64,000 nt of DNA, taken from the human T2T-CHM13v2.0 reference genome, Homo sapiens. The DNA lies in NCBI GenBank assembly GCA_009914755.4, contig CP086569.2:5440001-5504000 (forward strand), written 5' to 3'. How positions within the stretch are numbered: position 1 is the first letter of the stretch; every line of letters starts with the position of its first letter. Below are positions 1 through 13,850 of the stretch, one piece after another. The position numbers and the translations under genes are program-made. Below the pieces are notes generated by a model, which saw only the letters and a program-made list of their open reading frames with translations, was not told the DNA's origin and did no database searches.

Positions 1-2397
1 AGTTATAGACAAATTTTGTGTCATGTCTTCTCTGACGCTGGTTGTGTTAGTGTTATGCTGGGTGTACGAGAAGGTTCACTGTCTCCTGTTTGGCTGAAGT
101 GGCAGAGGCCTCATGAAGCTTATCTTGTTTCCCAGTGGTGTGCATTTTTAACCTTTTTCCCCAATATTTTTTTCACTGGGTTGGACAGTTCAGAACTCAG
201 GCCAGTAGGAGTTGCCCAAGGATAAAACTCAGCAGTGGCTAAAGCAGGTGAGTAAATGCAAATACCCCAATGGTGGGAAGAGGTCCCAGCTTTTAGAGAT
301 GTTGCTATGAAAATTCTCAGTAAAATGCAATGTGGTATTTTAAGGGGGAAGAGAGGAAGCTACCGCAGCTCTTCTTCCAGGCCTCAGAAAAACAATTTGC
401 CTCTCAATTACATTCCTGATCAGTGTTCTGGCTATTCAGATAAGGCAGGCACCTCTATTCATCTATAGGAAGGCTGCTGTTCCATGAAGATAGAGATTTT
501 GCCTTTACCTATAGTGCAAGCTGAACCTGTAAGGCACATTTCCTTTGGGGATGCAGTCACCCTGAAGTGATCCAGAAAGGCTGCCTGCAGATGGGCCCAT
601 GACAATTTCCCATGGTAGACACCTGAGTTGTAACTGCAGTGGTGGGTAAGGGGGAGAATAAGTCTCCTCCTCCCAGATCCTACACAAGAATGATGGGTGC
701 TTAACTGTTGGAACCAAACCACAGTCTTTTCCCACTGAGCCCAGCATTGCACTTGTGCCTCCACTGAAGAAAACTTCCCACACATGGAAAATTCAGAGAT
801 GCAAAGCCTTTGGTCTGGTTTCTTTTATCCAATTGGGTGCTCCCTTAATGTGGTATTCTCCCCATTCACTAGGATTAGCAGTCCCTGAGTGCAAGACTAC
901 TGTGAATCCTGTTGCTTCTCTGGGCCTAGCTACCCAGTTGGGCTGCCACACTCTAGGCCAGTGCTGAGAAATGTCTGCAAGGGATCTGGTGATGTGACCT
1001 GTCCTCAAGTCTCCCAGCAGTGTTTACAAGCACCCTCTCTGATGCAGGTTGGAGGTGAATGATGTAGACTCTCAGATTTCCTTAATTATAAATAGCCTTA
1101 GCATGCTGGCTTTCTCAAATGCCAGCAGTAGTAGTATTCACATGCAGACTCAAGATCTCTTGTTCATCAGGGTGATGCAGGCATTGGAAATAGCTGAGGT
1201 TATGCAAATGTCTTCTTCTTGAGTGCTGTGTTACTGTGCCTGCAGATGTAATGGGCTTTGCTGGTTGGCCTCTAGCCAGGAGGTGGCAGGTGCAAAAGAG
1301 GACCACCTACACCGAGAACAGTAGAATGTGTTCTTGCTTCATGTTACCCACGGGAGGTACTCTGGTGCCTCAGGCAATAAGCAGGGCAATGGATATCCCA
1401 AATATCCCCGTCCATCATGTTACACTACCAGGGTGGTGAAGGGACAAAGCTGGGTTGGGGGTGTGTCAGGCAGGGCTGTCCTCTGGCTCCCAACGTGCAG
1501 CCACAAGCAGTTGTCCTAATGGAGATTAGATGGCAGTTCCCTGGCTGCTGGAGTAATGTTCCAGGGAGGAGCACAACTACCTCTGTTGCACGGAAGAATC
1601 TGCACTAAGAGCAGGGTACAGCAGGTGGCAGTAAGCCCCACTCAGCTACTACACACTTGGCAGGGCAGTTCTCATATCCAGAGTTATGCCAACAACAGCT
1701 ATCTGGATTCCAGGTAGCCTGAGCTCAGAACTCAAAACTGCCCCAGGCCATAAGCCTTTTCCCAGGAAGACTGAAACTGTGGCTTCAGGCCATGCCGCTC
1801 TCTATATGCCCATGAAGCAGTGACACCCAGGGTCACGGAACTCCTGCACCTATGGCTGTAGCACACTTCCTGCTCTCCCCTCGGTTCTGGCCAATGGTAT
1901 TCATCCCCACTCAAGATTACATCGCAAATCTCTTGTTGGGAGTGTCTCTGGACTGCAGCCTGAGCTAGCTGGCAGACTTCCATGAGGTCCCCTGAGAGGT
2001 AGGAACAGAAATGGCTTCTCTCCATCCTCACTGGATTCTAAGAGTGCAAACAAAGCATGCTGCTTCTCATATATTCTCCACTGTTCACTAAATCAGTTCC
2101 AGTGTGGGATAGAGTTATGGCCTTCCCGCATGGCCAGGATTGCCCAGCTACTTTGTGGGAGTGTATGTCATAGCAGCAGTGTCTCCATATTTCATGCAGT
2201 GGAGACTCACGGTTTTCCTTCTGGTTCATATTGTAGGCTGCTGCCTGCTGCTTCTTTCAAAGAGTCTGTGGTTTTGTTCAGTTTTTCTGTTAATTTCTTG
2301 TGTTGCTTCTTGGAAAAAATTTCAAAACATGAACCTGTACACACTATTTTGTTTTACAAGTGAGAGAGGCATGCTAACAATACTGCTAATCTGACCC
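1..2397 (-). mobile_element. LINE-1 5' UTR and 5' terminus of an older primate L1P-type element; the body continues past the window start toward ORF1
   Basis: The reverse complement of 1-2397 aligns base-for-base with the 5' UTR of the plus-strand L1 at 21575-24170. For example, revcomp of 1600-1740 matches 22230-22370, and the ORF at 2140-2394(+) mirrors ORF 21571-21846(-). The terminus 'ggggtcagattagcagtattgttagcatgc' corresponds to the 21575 start 'ggtggtgaattgcaggcaatgttagcatgc'. Confidence 0.8.
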
Positions 2398-3249
2398 CTT
2401 GGGGATGAAAAACCCTATCTTTGCTGTTTTATTTGATTCTTCAATCAATTTACAATCATTGATTTTATTGATCTAATTCGGTTTATATCTGGCATTTAAC
2501 TTGATGTTTTCTATATGTTTCATCTTTTTTTTGTGGCTCTGTTCTTTTTTTTACTACATTGTTTGGCATTCAGTAAATATTGTCTGTTGTAACATTTTAG
2601 TTCCTTTAATGATTTTTTCAATACATTTTTGAGTATTTTTAGTAGTTCCTCTAGAGTTTACTATACATCCTAACTTATGAAAATCTACTTCAAATTTATA
2701 CAAAATAAGTTAAAAATAGAAATAGAAATGTTATTCCTATAGAACTCTATTATTTTCCCCACATTTTGTACTATTATTGTTACTACATCTATGTTATAAA
2801 TCCAAAAATACATTGTTACAATTTTTACTTTATATGATTTTATGTCTTTTAAAGAAGAGAGACGAGAATAGAATACATCTTTAAAGAGTTCACTATATCA
2901 ACTTTCTTATCAAAATTTCTGCTTCCTTTCATTTGTTCCTGTGGGTGTGAGCTACCACCTTGGTGTTCTCCCCTTAATTCAATGCAACTTTGCTCCTACT
3001 CACCTGCTTTGTGCTGCTATTGGAAAATATGTTGAATTTCTACATATTGTAGAACAATAATTTATATACATTTTTATGCAATTGTTTTTTAAAACTATTA
3101 AGAAAAGAAGAAATATGCTATTATACTTTCTTTTACAATATGTACATAGTTACCTTTACCAGCACTCTATATGCTTTAAAATTAATTCGCATTTCTTCCT
3201 GGAGTCACTTGCTTGCAGACTGAAGAATTTCTTTAAGTATTTTTTTTAG

Positions 3250-3586
<337 letters not shown>

Positions 3587-5099
3587 TAGTTTCTGTTTAT
3601 CTGGGAATATTGTTACTTTGCCATTATTTTCATAATATAGTTTTGCTAAGATTTAAAATTCCTGGTTGATAGCATTTTTTTAGCACTATAAATAAATCAT
3701 TCCACTTCATTGTTTACAGTGAGTATTCAGCTGTTAATCTTTTTGGGGTTCCCCTATACATGATGAGTTTTCTTTTGCTGCTTTCAAGATTTTCTCTTTG
3801 CATAGGGCTTTCAACAGTTTCGCTATTATGTGTGTGGGTGTGAATCTTTGGGATACACCATTCAGAAGAAAATGTTACCTTGCAACATTTAATTGAATGT
3901 TCACCAGATTGTTTTCCATCAAATTTGGGAAGTAAGCCTCAACTTCCCATTTGATTCCTTTATTGGGTTTAACAATACTCAAAGGCATAAATTGCTCCAC
4001 TGATTGATTAAATTACATGCTGTTCCCTTTACAGGTATAGTTTTTGAGGATGGTCTTTGACGTTTCTTATAATCCCAGGAAGTGTCTTATTAGCTACCAT
4101 TTTCTCTGGTTGTCTGGTAAAGTTCTACATGGTCTACAGTTTGTCTTGTTGCTCTCATGGAGCCAAAAGTTTCCTCTTAATTGCTTATGACCAAACTTTC
4201 CATTACCTTAACTTACCCTTAGGCTTGAACTTCTACACAGTCTGTTCTAAATATAGTCTTATAACTTTGGATGAGCTTCACAGTTTTCTGTTCTTACAAC
4301 CTGCCTCCTTCCCTGTGTACAATTTTTGAGCCACTTCTCCAGAACTTGCTATGATGACAGTGACTCATTACTACCATAGAGGCACACCTGCTTTCTGACC
4401 AAGGTGGTAGGTGGTAGCTTCTGATTATCTCAGTTTGCCTTCTTTAGTGTGAAATCCTCACTTTAGGAGTAATTTGAAGTGAAGACAAATGGACCCCGGT
4501 ATCCTTCATCTTCCACACCTGGAGAAGAGCTTATATCTTATGAGTGGTGACTGGATAGTAGAAGAGAGCCTCAGAACTTTTAGATGCTATTGTTTGGAAT
4601 AGAGCATCTGTATGTAACACAGAGCTGAGAGAAAAAGAAATGGTGGTGGGCTCCTCATCCCTGGAATACACTGTAACTCTAGACTGGAAGTTGAGGGAGA
4701 GAGAACCCTGAGTTCTTGGGCGACCCCACCATAAGTATGCCTCCTGTTATTATAAGCTGGAATTGAGGTGAGGGAGTGGGTTATAGTTCAAATGCCACAA
4801 GCATGGTCTGTTCTTGCCAAGATTTAGTAAATTTTCTTGAAAAAAAATTTTTGTTTTCAAACTTACAGTATGCCTCTAGAATAATTTTCAGACACTTTAA
4901 ATATTTGTTATTAAATAATTTATACCAGTTATGGTTCTTGTTTTGGGGAAAACTTCTCACACTACTGTTTTGGAACTAAATTCTCTAAAATTTGTTTTTA
5001 AAATTTGAAGAAATGGCAAGTGAAAACAAAAGTTAATTCTTGAAAAATAAGAATGAAATAGGAAACTCTGAAGAGTAAGATAAGAAAAACAGTTAAAAA

Positions 5100-6835
5100 C
5101 ATGTCAAATAAGGGATGAGAAAGACAATATACTCACAGATTTTGAAGTTACTGAAACATTTTAAATGTGGAACATTATTCAAGAAATTTTGAAATCTGGA
5201 GGAAATTATTTTATTTCAAATATAAATTACCAAAATTGACTTTAAAATATTCTACACAAAGCTGAAGTAACTAAAAACAGCATAGTACTGATATAAAAAG
5301 AGACAAATACACCAATGGAACAGAATAGAGAATCTAGAAATAAATCCATGTGTTGACAGCCAACTGACTTTTCACAATGGCACCAAGAACATACATTATG
5401 GAAAGGACAATCTTTTTAATAAATGGTGCTAGGAAAACAAGAAATCCATACGCAGAAGAATGAAACTAGACTCCTGTCTCTCACCTCATACAAAAATCGA
5501 CTCAAAATGGATTAAAAAGCTGGGTGCAGTAGCATAAGCTTGTAGTCCCAGCTACTCAAGAGATTGAAGCAGGAGAATCACTTGAGCCTAGAAGCTTGAA
5601 GCTGTAGTGCTCTATGATTGTACTTGTGGCTGGCTAGTCACTGCACTGCATTCTGAGCAACAGAGTGTGACCCCATCTCTCATCTCTAAAAATATTTAAA
5701 AAATGGATTAAAGACTTAACATGAGAATCAAAACTATAAAACAACTAGGAGGACACATAGGTAAAATGCTTTAGGACACTGGTCTGGAAAAAAAAATGTC
5801 TGAATAAGACCTCAGAAGTACAAGCAACAAAAGGGAAAACTGACAAATGGGGTTACATCAAACTAAAACACTTCTGCACAGCAAAGGAAACAATCCACAG
5901 AGTGAAGGCAAAACCTGAAGAATAGAAAAAAATATATTTGCAAAATATTTATCTGACAAGAGATTAATATTCAGGATATAAACAGAACTCAACAGCAAAA
6001 AATACAAATAATTCAATTATGAAATACACAAATAATCAAATAGACATTTCTCAAATGAAGACATACAAATGACCAATAAGTATATTAAAGAATGTGCAAC
6101 ATTCTTAATTATCAGGAAATGCAAATCAAAACTGCAAGGAAAAATTATCTCGACACAGTTAGAATGGCTATTATCAAAGACAAAAACTAACAAATGCTGA
6201 TGATAATATGGAAAAACAGGAATGCTTTCATACTGTCAGTAGCAATGTAAAATAGTACACCCGACATGGAAAACAATATGGAGGTTCCTCAAAAAAACTA
6301 AAACTGGAACTACCATATTAACCAGCAATTCCGCTACTGAGTATGTATCCAAAGGAACAGATATCTGCACTCCCATGTTTATTGCAGCACTCTTCACAAT
6401 AGCCAAGATTTAGAATCAACCTAAGTGTCCATCAACAGATGAATGGGTAAATAAAATATGGTATATATAGACAATGAAATACTCTTCAGCCATAAGAATA
6501 AAATCCTTCATTTGTGGCAACATGGATGGAACTGGAGGACATTATGTTAAGTGAAATAAACCAGGCACAGAAAGATAAATACTGCATATTCTGTCTTATA
6601 CGTTGGAGGTAAAAAAAAGTTCTCACATTGAAGTAGAAAGTACAATAGTAGTTACTAGATGCTGGGACGGAAAAGAGCAGGAAATACGAAGATGTTGGTT
6701 AAGAAAATACAAGTTACAGGTAGATAGGAGGAATAAGTTCTAGAACTCTACAGCCCTGTAGGGTTACTATAATTAACTATAACTTATTGCATTTTGTAGG
6801 AGATCTGTCAGGGTAGTGGGAGAAATTGTAGGAAG
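5100..6835 (+). mobile_element. L1M-type LINE-1, ORF2 C-terminal third plus 3' UTR (part 1; continues at 7534)
   Basis: Translation gives ORF2-like peptides (…AWYW.KDRH.DQWNRIE.PEI…FNKWCW.NW…[20 protein letters not shown]…) and an L1M 3' UTR ('gatgctgggacggaaaagagcaggaaat…'). Confidence 0.75.
5519..5712 (+). mobile_element. Alu right-arm-like monomer (FRAM/AluJ-derived) nested in the L1M ORF2
   Basis: 'ctgggtgcagtagcataagcttgtagtcccagctactcaagagattgaagcaggagaatcacttgagcc…gcaacagagtgtgaccccatctc' followed by an A-rich tail. Confidence 0.6.
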
Positions 6836-7162
6836 GGCTTTGCAAAGCTTTGGGGAAGAATGAGCCGAAGGCCCTAGTTCTTATCCTGGGGCAAAGGGCA
6901 TGAAGTAGGTACAAAAGAATGCAGGGGAGTTTATCTGAATAGCTTATTTACTCATGACTCCAGAAACCTGGCCATTAATCATCCATGCACAATTACCCAC
7001 AAGTGTATTGACTCAAGGCCTTTGTCATTAAATATATACTGAATAAATGCCCACAGCACCAGCTGGTCAAGGCTGGGCTGCTGACTCTTTACAGCACCCT
7101 CCTTGGGGTCTGTAAGCAGCTGGGTCCCCTAGCCCTCTCTTTCACTGGGTATCTGTGTCTGA

Positions 7163-7533
<371 letters not shown>

Positions 7534-7735
7534 AATTTATTGTATATTTTTAAATAGCTAGAATAAAAGAATTGTCACATTCCCAACACAAGGAAACAGT
7601 AAATGTTTGAGGTGATGGAAATGCTAATTCCTCTGATGTAATCATTACACATTGTACGTATCAAAATATTACACTGCATCTCATAAATATGTACAATTAT
7701 GTGTTAATTAAAATTTTAAAAAATTAATGTGGATC
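7534..7735 (+). mobile_element. L1M 3' UTR terminal segment (part 2; continuation of 5100-6835 across a ~700-bp insertion)
   Basis: 'tagctagaataaaagaattgtcacattcccaacacaaggaaacagtaaatgtttgaggtgatggaaatgctaattc…atcaaaatattacactgcatctcataaatatgtacaattatgtgttaattaaaa' is the canonical L1MA/MB 3' terminus. The same motif occurs at 15600-15800. Confidence 0.7.
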
Positions 7736-8105
7736 TAAAATCTGGAAAAATTAATTTATTTCACTGCAAATATAATTACCAAAACTGACTGAGGAAATGG
7801 TAAAATATCTAGACGTTAAAGTAATCTCAGAAGACAGAGCAAAGGCAATTTAAATGCAATTTAAAACCAATTTCTTTAAAAAGAGATCAGGCTTAGATTA
7901 TTTTGCAATTCAATTGCATATAACAGTTTGGGCACATAAAACCATAAAACTCCTATTTTTTATTTAGATTTGGTTCATGTACAAAAAAACGCTGTACATA
8001 TTTTATATATACATCTTGGTGAGTTTGAAGATAAGTATATGCCTATAAAATTATCACCATAAACAATGCCATAAACTTAGTCAAAACCTATAAAAGTTTC
8101 CCCTC

Positions 8106-9290
8106 TTTTTTTGTGATAAGGATATTTAACATAAGATCTACTCTTTTCACCAATTTTTAATTACACAATACAGTATTGATGACTACATGTGCTATTCTGT
8201 ATAGCAAATCTCTAGGACTTATTCATATAGCCTAACTGAAAGTATGTACTCTTTGACCAACACGTCCCTTATCCACACTATACCCCAGCCCCTGGTAACC
8301 ACCATTCTATTTTTTGCCTCTATGAATTTGCCTGTTTTAGATATCTCATATAAATGAATTCATATAGTATTTGTTCTTCTGTGTCTGTCTTATTTCACAT
8401 AGAATGCTATCCTCCAAGTTTATTTACATTGTAGCAAATGGTAAGATTTTGTTCTTTTTTAAGGCTGAATAATATTCCATTTTATGTATAGGTCACATTT
8501 TCTTTATCCATTCATCTGTTGATGGATATTTAGGTTCTTTCCATGTCTTGATCATTATAAATAGTGCTGAAGTAAGTGAAAGAATGCAGATATTTCTGTA
8601 AAACTCTGATTTCAATTCTTTAGGGTAATATATTCAGAAGTAGTATTCATGGATCATATGGTAGTTCTGCTTTTAATTTTTTGAGAATCCTTCATAGTAG
8701 CTATACTAATTTACATTCATACCAATAGTGTACAAGGGTTTGTTCTCTCTACATACTCATCAACATTTATTTTATTTTCCTTCTTTTATATTTAATAATA
8801 GCCAACCTAAGAGATGTGAGGTGATTTTTTCTTATGGTTTTGGTTTGCATTTTCCTGTTGAGCAGCATCTCATATACTGTTGTCCATTTGTATGTCTTTT
8901 TTGGAGAAATGTTTATTCAGGTGTCTTACTAATTTTTAAATAAGTTTATTGGTTTTATATCTGCTACTAAGTTGTAGGAGTTTCTTATATATTTTGGATA
9001 TTAAGCCTTTATCAGATATATGGCTTGCAAATATTTTCTCCCATGCCATAGGTTTTTTTTTTAATTATTATTTTTCTTTATTTTGCTGGATGTTTCTTGT
9101 GCTGTGCAGAAGCTGTTAAGTTTAATGTACTTCCCTTTGTGTATGCTTTTGTTTCCTGTGTTTTTGGTATTATATCCAAGAAATCATCGCTAAGGCCAAT
9201 GTCAACACGCTTTTCCCTTGTGTTTTCTTCTAAGAAAACTTCCACATTATCCAAACTCATTCCATCTGTAAGAAACTATTTAAAATCTCC
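8106..9290 (-). mobile_element. L1M-type LINE-1 3' end (ORF2 C-terminus plus 3' UTR), poly-T at 8106
   Basis: Reverse complement of the L1M 3' UTR ('…ccctggtaaccaccattctattttttgcctctatgaatttgcctgttttagatatctcatataaatgaattcatatagtatttg…'). ORF2 C-terminal peptides are present on the minus strand. Confidence 0.75.
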
Positions 9291-9399
9291 ATAATTCATC
9301 ATATGAAACTAAAAAAATTTTTCTACTTAAAACTAAAAACAGTAGTGCAAAATAAGAAAATGGTAGCAAATGTAATTAAAAATGTAAGTGAAAAAATTT

Positions 9400-10250
9400 A
9401 AAACAAATCTTAGTCAATCAAATTGAGTAATAAATGAAGAGAATAATACCATGATGTCTGAATATGTTTTATTTCTTAAATGCAAAATTTGGTGTTTTTT
9501 TTAAGAAAATCTGTCTAAAGAATTCACTCTATCAATAAATTTAAGGGGAAATATATGATTGCATCAATAGATGTCAAAATAAACATTCAACTAAAATAAA
9601 AATTTAGGTACAAATTAAAAGGAACTGTGAAAATTGATAAATACATTTTGCCACAAAACTAGGAGCAAACATAGTTTATAATGCAATACGAATTTTCATT
9701 GCTGTCAGAAAAAGATTGATAGCTGCCATCCTCAGTATTATTCAACAATATTTTTGGAGATTTTAGCTGATGCAATGCAATAAGCAAATGAAACATTCAG
9801 TATAAATGTTGAAAAAATTTTTAAACACTCAAAAATAAAAGTATTCTAGTAATTCAAAAGACACTTCTTTCTGTTATTAGAATTAAGACAATTTGATGGT
9901 ACAATTATTATTAATTTTTTGTGATCAAATTTTTATCATAAAAAATCAATATATACATTTTTGTATACTACCCTACTAAAAACAGAAGAAAAATATCTCA
10001 TTCACACTAATAACACCACCATCAAATACTTTGTAATAAATTTCAAAAAAATGGGACAAAATCTACGTGAATCTATAAAATTTAATAGAAAACATAAAAA
10101 CAAATCTGTCTAAATGGAAGAACAAGCCATGGTCTCAGATGAGAAGATATAATACCATCAAAATATGAAGACCTTGTAATGTAATACATTTCTTTACTGC
10201 ATCCAGTAATAATAACTCCCAAAGGAGTTATTATTTTGGGAATCTTCATA
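9400..10250 (+). mobile_element. Old L1 ORF2 internal fragment (RT-distal region), opposite in orientation to the neighbouring 8106-9290 segment
   Basis: Plus-strand translation resembles ORF2 blocks: 'C.PQYYSTIFLEILADAMQ' ~ GCPLSPLLFNIVLEVLA.AIRQ; 'FLYT…EEKYLIHTNNTTIKYFVINFKK' ~ AFLYTNN…IKKTIPFTIASKRIKYLGINLTK; 'NKSV.MEEQAMV' ~ NKWKDIPCSW. Confidence 0.5.
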
Positions 10251-10261
10251 AAAATATTATT

Positions 10262-11060
10262 CTTTTTATTTTACTTTAAGTTCTGAGATACATGTGCTGA
10301 ATGTGCATGTTTGGTACATAGGTATACATGTGCCATGGTGGTTTTCTGCACCTATCAACCCGTCATTTAGGTTTTAAGCCCCATATGCATTAGGTATTTG
10401 TCCTAATGCTCTCCCTCTCCTTTTCCCCCACCCACTGACAGGCCACGTTGTGTGATGTTCCCCTCCCTGTGTCCATGGGTTCTCATTGTTCACCTACCAC
10501 TTATGAGTGAGAACATGTGGTGTTTGGTTTTCTGTCCCCATGTTAGTTTGCTGAGGATGATGGTTTCCAGCTTCATCTATGTCCCTGCAAAGGACATGAA
10601 CTCATTCTTTTTTATGGCTGCATAGTGTTCCATGGTGTATATGTGCCACATTTTCTTTATCCAGTCTATCATTGGTGGGCTTTTGGGTTGGTTCCAAGTC
10701 TTTGCTATTGTAAATAGTGCTGAAATGAACATACATGTGCATGTGTCTTTATAGTAGAATGATTTATAATCCTTTGGGTATACACCCAGTAATGGGATTG
10801 CTGGATCAAATGGTATTTCTGGTTTTAGATCCTTGAGGAATTGCTGCACTGTCTTCCACAATGGTTGAACTAATTTACACTCCCACCAACAGCGTAAAAG
10901 CATTCCTATTTCTCCACATCCTTGTCAGCATCTGCTGTTTCCTGATTTTTTAATGATCGCCATTCTAACTGGCATGAGATGGTACCTCACTGTGGTTTCA
11001 ATTTGCATTTTTCTAATGACCAGTGATGATGAGGGTTTTTTCATGTTTCTTGGCCACATG
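10262..11060 (-). mobile_element. L1PA-type LINE-1 3' end (ORF2 C-terminus plus 3' UTR)
   Basis: 'ttttactttaagttctgagatacatgtgctgaatgtgcatgtttggtacataggtatacatgtgccatggtgg…gagtgagaacatgtggtgtttggttttctgtcc…' is the reverse complement of the L1PA 3' end. Minus-strand ORFs 10577-10903 and 10925-11170 are ORF2 C-terminal (…WHIYTMEHYAAIKKNEFMSFAGT / …IRKMQIETTVRYHLMPVRMAIIKKSGNSRC). Confidence 0.85.
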
Positions 11061-11320
11061 GGCAAATACTTCATAACTAAAACACCATAAGCAATTGCAA
11101 CAAAAGCCAAAATTGACAAATGGGATGTAATTAAACTAAAGAGCTTCTGCTCAGCAAAAGAAACTATCATCAGAGTGAACAGGCAACCTTACAGAATGGG
11201 AGAAATTTTTTGCAATCTATTCATCTGACCGAGGTCTAATATCCAGAATCTACAAGGTACTTAAACAAATTTACAAGAAAAAAGCAAATAACCCCATCAA
11301 AAAGTGGGTGAAGCACATAA
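11061..11320 (+). mobile_element. Inverted L1PA ORF2 segment, the twin-priming partner of 10262-11060
   Basis: 'ggcaaatacttcataactaaaacaccataagcaattgcaacaaaagccaaaattgacaaatgggatgtaattaaactaaagagcttctgctcagcaaaagaaactatcatcagagtgaacaggcaacc…' is plus-sense L1 ORF2, immediately 5' (in L1 coordinates) of where the minus-strand segment ends. Confidence 0.75.
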
Positions 11321-11989
11321 AATTACTTTAAAATTCAAGCAAATATTTTCTTAAAAATAAGATTAATAAGGAGAGAGAATTGCCTCACCAGATGTAAAAA
11401 TTTACTATACAAATATAGTCCATGTGATATGATATGACTCTGAGACAGAAATAGAAAAATAGAACTTTGAAAGTTAAAGATTAGAGGGAAATAGATCCAA
11501 GTACATATATAATGTTAGGATTAAGCTTTACTCCAAGAGACCCAAAATACCAGTGGCTTTAAAAAGAAAATGTTGCTTTCCTCATTCATCTGGAGAAAAA
11601 AATTAAGTCTGGTATGCAATGCTGCTGTGTCAGTGATATTGACTCCTTCTATCTTTTTTTTGTTATATTGTGTGGTCTCAATTCTCGAGGTCATTCATGA
11701 TCCAAGGCAGCTGCTTCTGTTTCATTCATCCCACCTGGATTACAGTCTGCAAGAAAGAAAAAAAGGAAAAATAAGGGCAAAACTCCATCCTTTTAAGGTC
11801 ACTTTCAGAGAAGTCTACATGCTCACCTAGAATTTGTCTTAGCCATATGTAGTGCAAGATCAGCCCGAAATGAAATATTTATTTTTAGGCAGTCATGTGC
11901 CTTGCTGACAAGTAGAGGATATCAAACTATAAAAGAAGGGGAGAACAGATATTGATAGACAACTATCAATCTCTTACACATGTATGACA

Positions 11990-12420
11990 CGGTTAGCATT
12001 TCAATTCTGTGGGGAAAATGCAGTGATCATCAACCTTGAACATGCATCAGAATCACTCTCTCCCTTGCTGGCTTTTAAGAAGAAAGCTGCCATGTTGTGA
12101 GCTGTCTTATGGAGAGAGCCACATGGGAATAAACTGAAAGCATCCTCTGACTGAAAGTCAGAAAGAAATTGAAGCTCTTAGTCTAACAGCCTGCAAGAAA
12201 CTGCATATTGCTGAAAACCATATTAGTTTGAAATCAGACTCTTTCCCAGGTGAGCTTTCAGATGGGAACTCAGTCCTGGCCAACATCATGATTGCAGCCT
12301 TGCAGAACACCCAATAAAGCCATGACAAGAACCTTCACCAACAATAACTGAGAGATAATAAATATGTGTTGTTTTAAGTCACTAAGTGTTGGTAATATAG
12401 TTAGGTAGCAATAGAAAACT
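11990..12420 (+). mobile_element. MaLR-type LTR (MLT1-like)
   Basis: Characteristic MaLR LTR 3' end '…ataaatatgtgttgttttaagtcactaagtgttggtaatatagttaggtagcaatagaaaac'. An upstream 'gagccacatgggaataaactgaaag' motif is also present. Confidence 0.5.
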
Positions 12421-13704
12421 CTATGCTAGATGTTAGTCATACTACTGCTATTTGAGGCCTAATTAGTTATTTAATATATTGTGTCAGCACCCATGGCTAT
12501 GTGTAACAAGGGAATTCATATATTTCTATAACCTCAAGTTTCCATAGAATATATTCCATGCAGACAACTTTCAGATATATAAACAAATTTATTCTCAATC
12601 TATTGCTTATTCATTCTTCTCCTAAGACAAGAAGGTCTCCTAATGGTAGATGGTATCCATTGGTCCATGGTTATTAATTGCATAGAACTAATGGCATATT
12701 CTACACCTGCACTGTTTAATGTAATAGTCATATGGCAAACGTGGCTATTTATTTTTAAACCAGGTAAAACTAAATCAAATAAAAATTCAATTCTCTATTT
12801 ATACTAGACCTTTTTTCTGCACTCCATAGCCACAGGTATCAATGGACTCATTTCCTCATCAAGGCTAGTGGCTATCACATTGGAGACTGGAATTATGGGG
12901 CATTTTAATCATTATATAATTTTTTATAGTTCTGGTCTATACTTAGGAGGAGAGGAAAGAGGTATGTAGAGATCTGTAGTTTTCCTCTTATTGTCTGCAT
13001 TGGTAATAAAGCTGACATTTTCGTCAGTATCTTGTATACTGATACAATATTTTGTATCTAACTTTCAGTTGCTTTCCACCTTCGGGGGAAACAAGAATTT
13101 TCATGTAATGATCTCTTAAAATATGCTACTGTTCATTGGAACAAATATATAGCAAGATCCTTAAGTCTTACCGCATATAAAAGCAAGTGCCAAATGGGTT
13201 TAATACCTAATAAGAAACAGAATAATATAGAGTATTACATCTATTTTAAGATGCATAATTATTTTTCATATTATAACTCATTTGAAATAGAATGTATCTT
13301 ACAATCTAATGATGTCTTGTAATTGCTCACGGATAGATGGCAATCATGACATAGTTGCCATTGCCAACACAACTGTCAATTTGATTGTCATTTTGGGTAA
13401 AATAACTACATAGCTTCACTCCTTGAAATTTCATTCGGTAAATCATATAAAAACCACTTGATGATGAAATGAGTCCATTGATACCTACTGGTAAGACCAA
13501 GAAAAAGAACACATTAAAACTTACAGAATGGGTGCCTGAGTTTCCTAAGAAAATTAAGTAGATAATAGTGAAGTAACTGTTAATGACAAAGGGGTCAGTA
13601 TTATGTGGCTAAATAATAAATAAATAATAAATCCATGACTGTGAGTTGAAAAAAAAAAAGATTCAGAACAGTTGGACATTTGGTGTAAAGAAATTATAAC
13701 AGCA

Positions 13705-13850
13705 TTTTTTTGAGACAGAATCTCACTCTGTCACCCAGGCTACAGTGCAGTGGCATGATTATGGCTCACTTAAACCTCATACTTCTGGGTTCAAAGGATT
13801 TTCCCACGTCAGCTTTCTGAGTAGCTGGGACTACAGGCACGTGCCTGCAT
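13705..13850 (-). mobile_element. Alu right-arm fragment
   Basis: 'tttttttgagacagaatctcactctgtcacccaggctacagtgcagtggcatgatt…tgagtagctgggactacaggcacgtgcc'. Confidence 0.7.

Noticed and set aside
2140-2394. Protein similarity between ORF 2140-2394(+) and ORF 21571-21846(-), considered as a duplicated gene
   Set aside because: Both lie in inverted copies of the same L1 5' UTR. The similarity is nucleotide-level repeat homology, not coding conservation.
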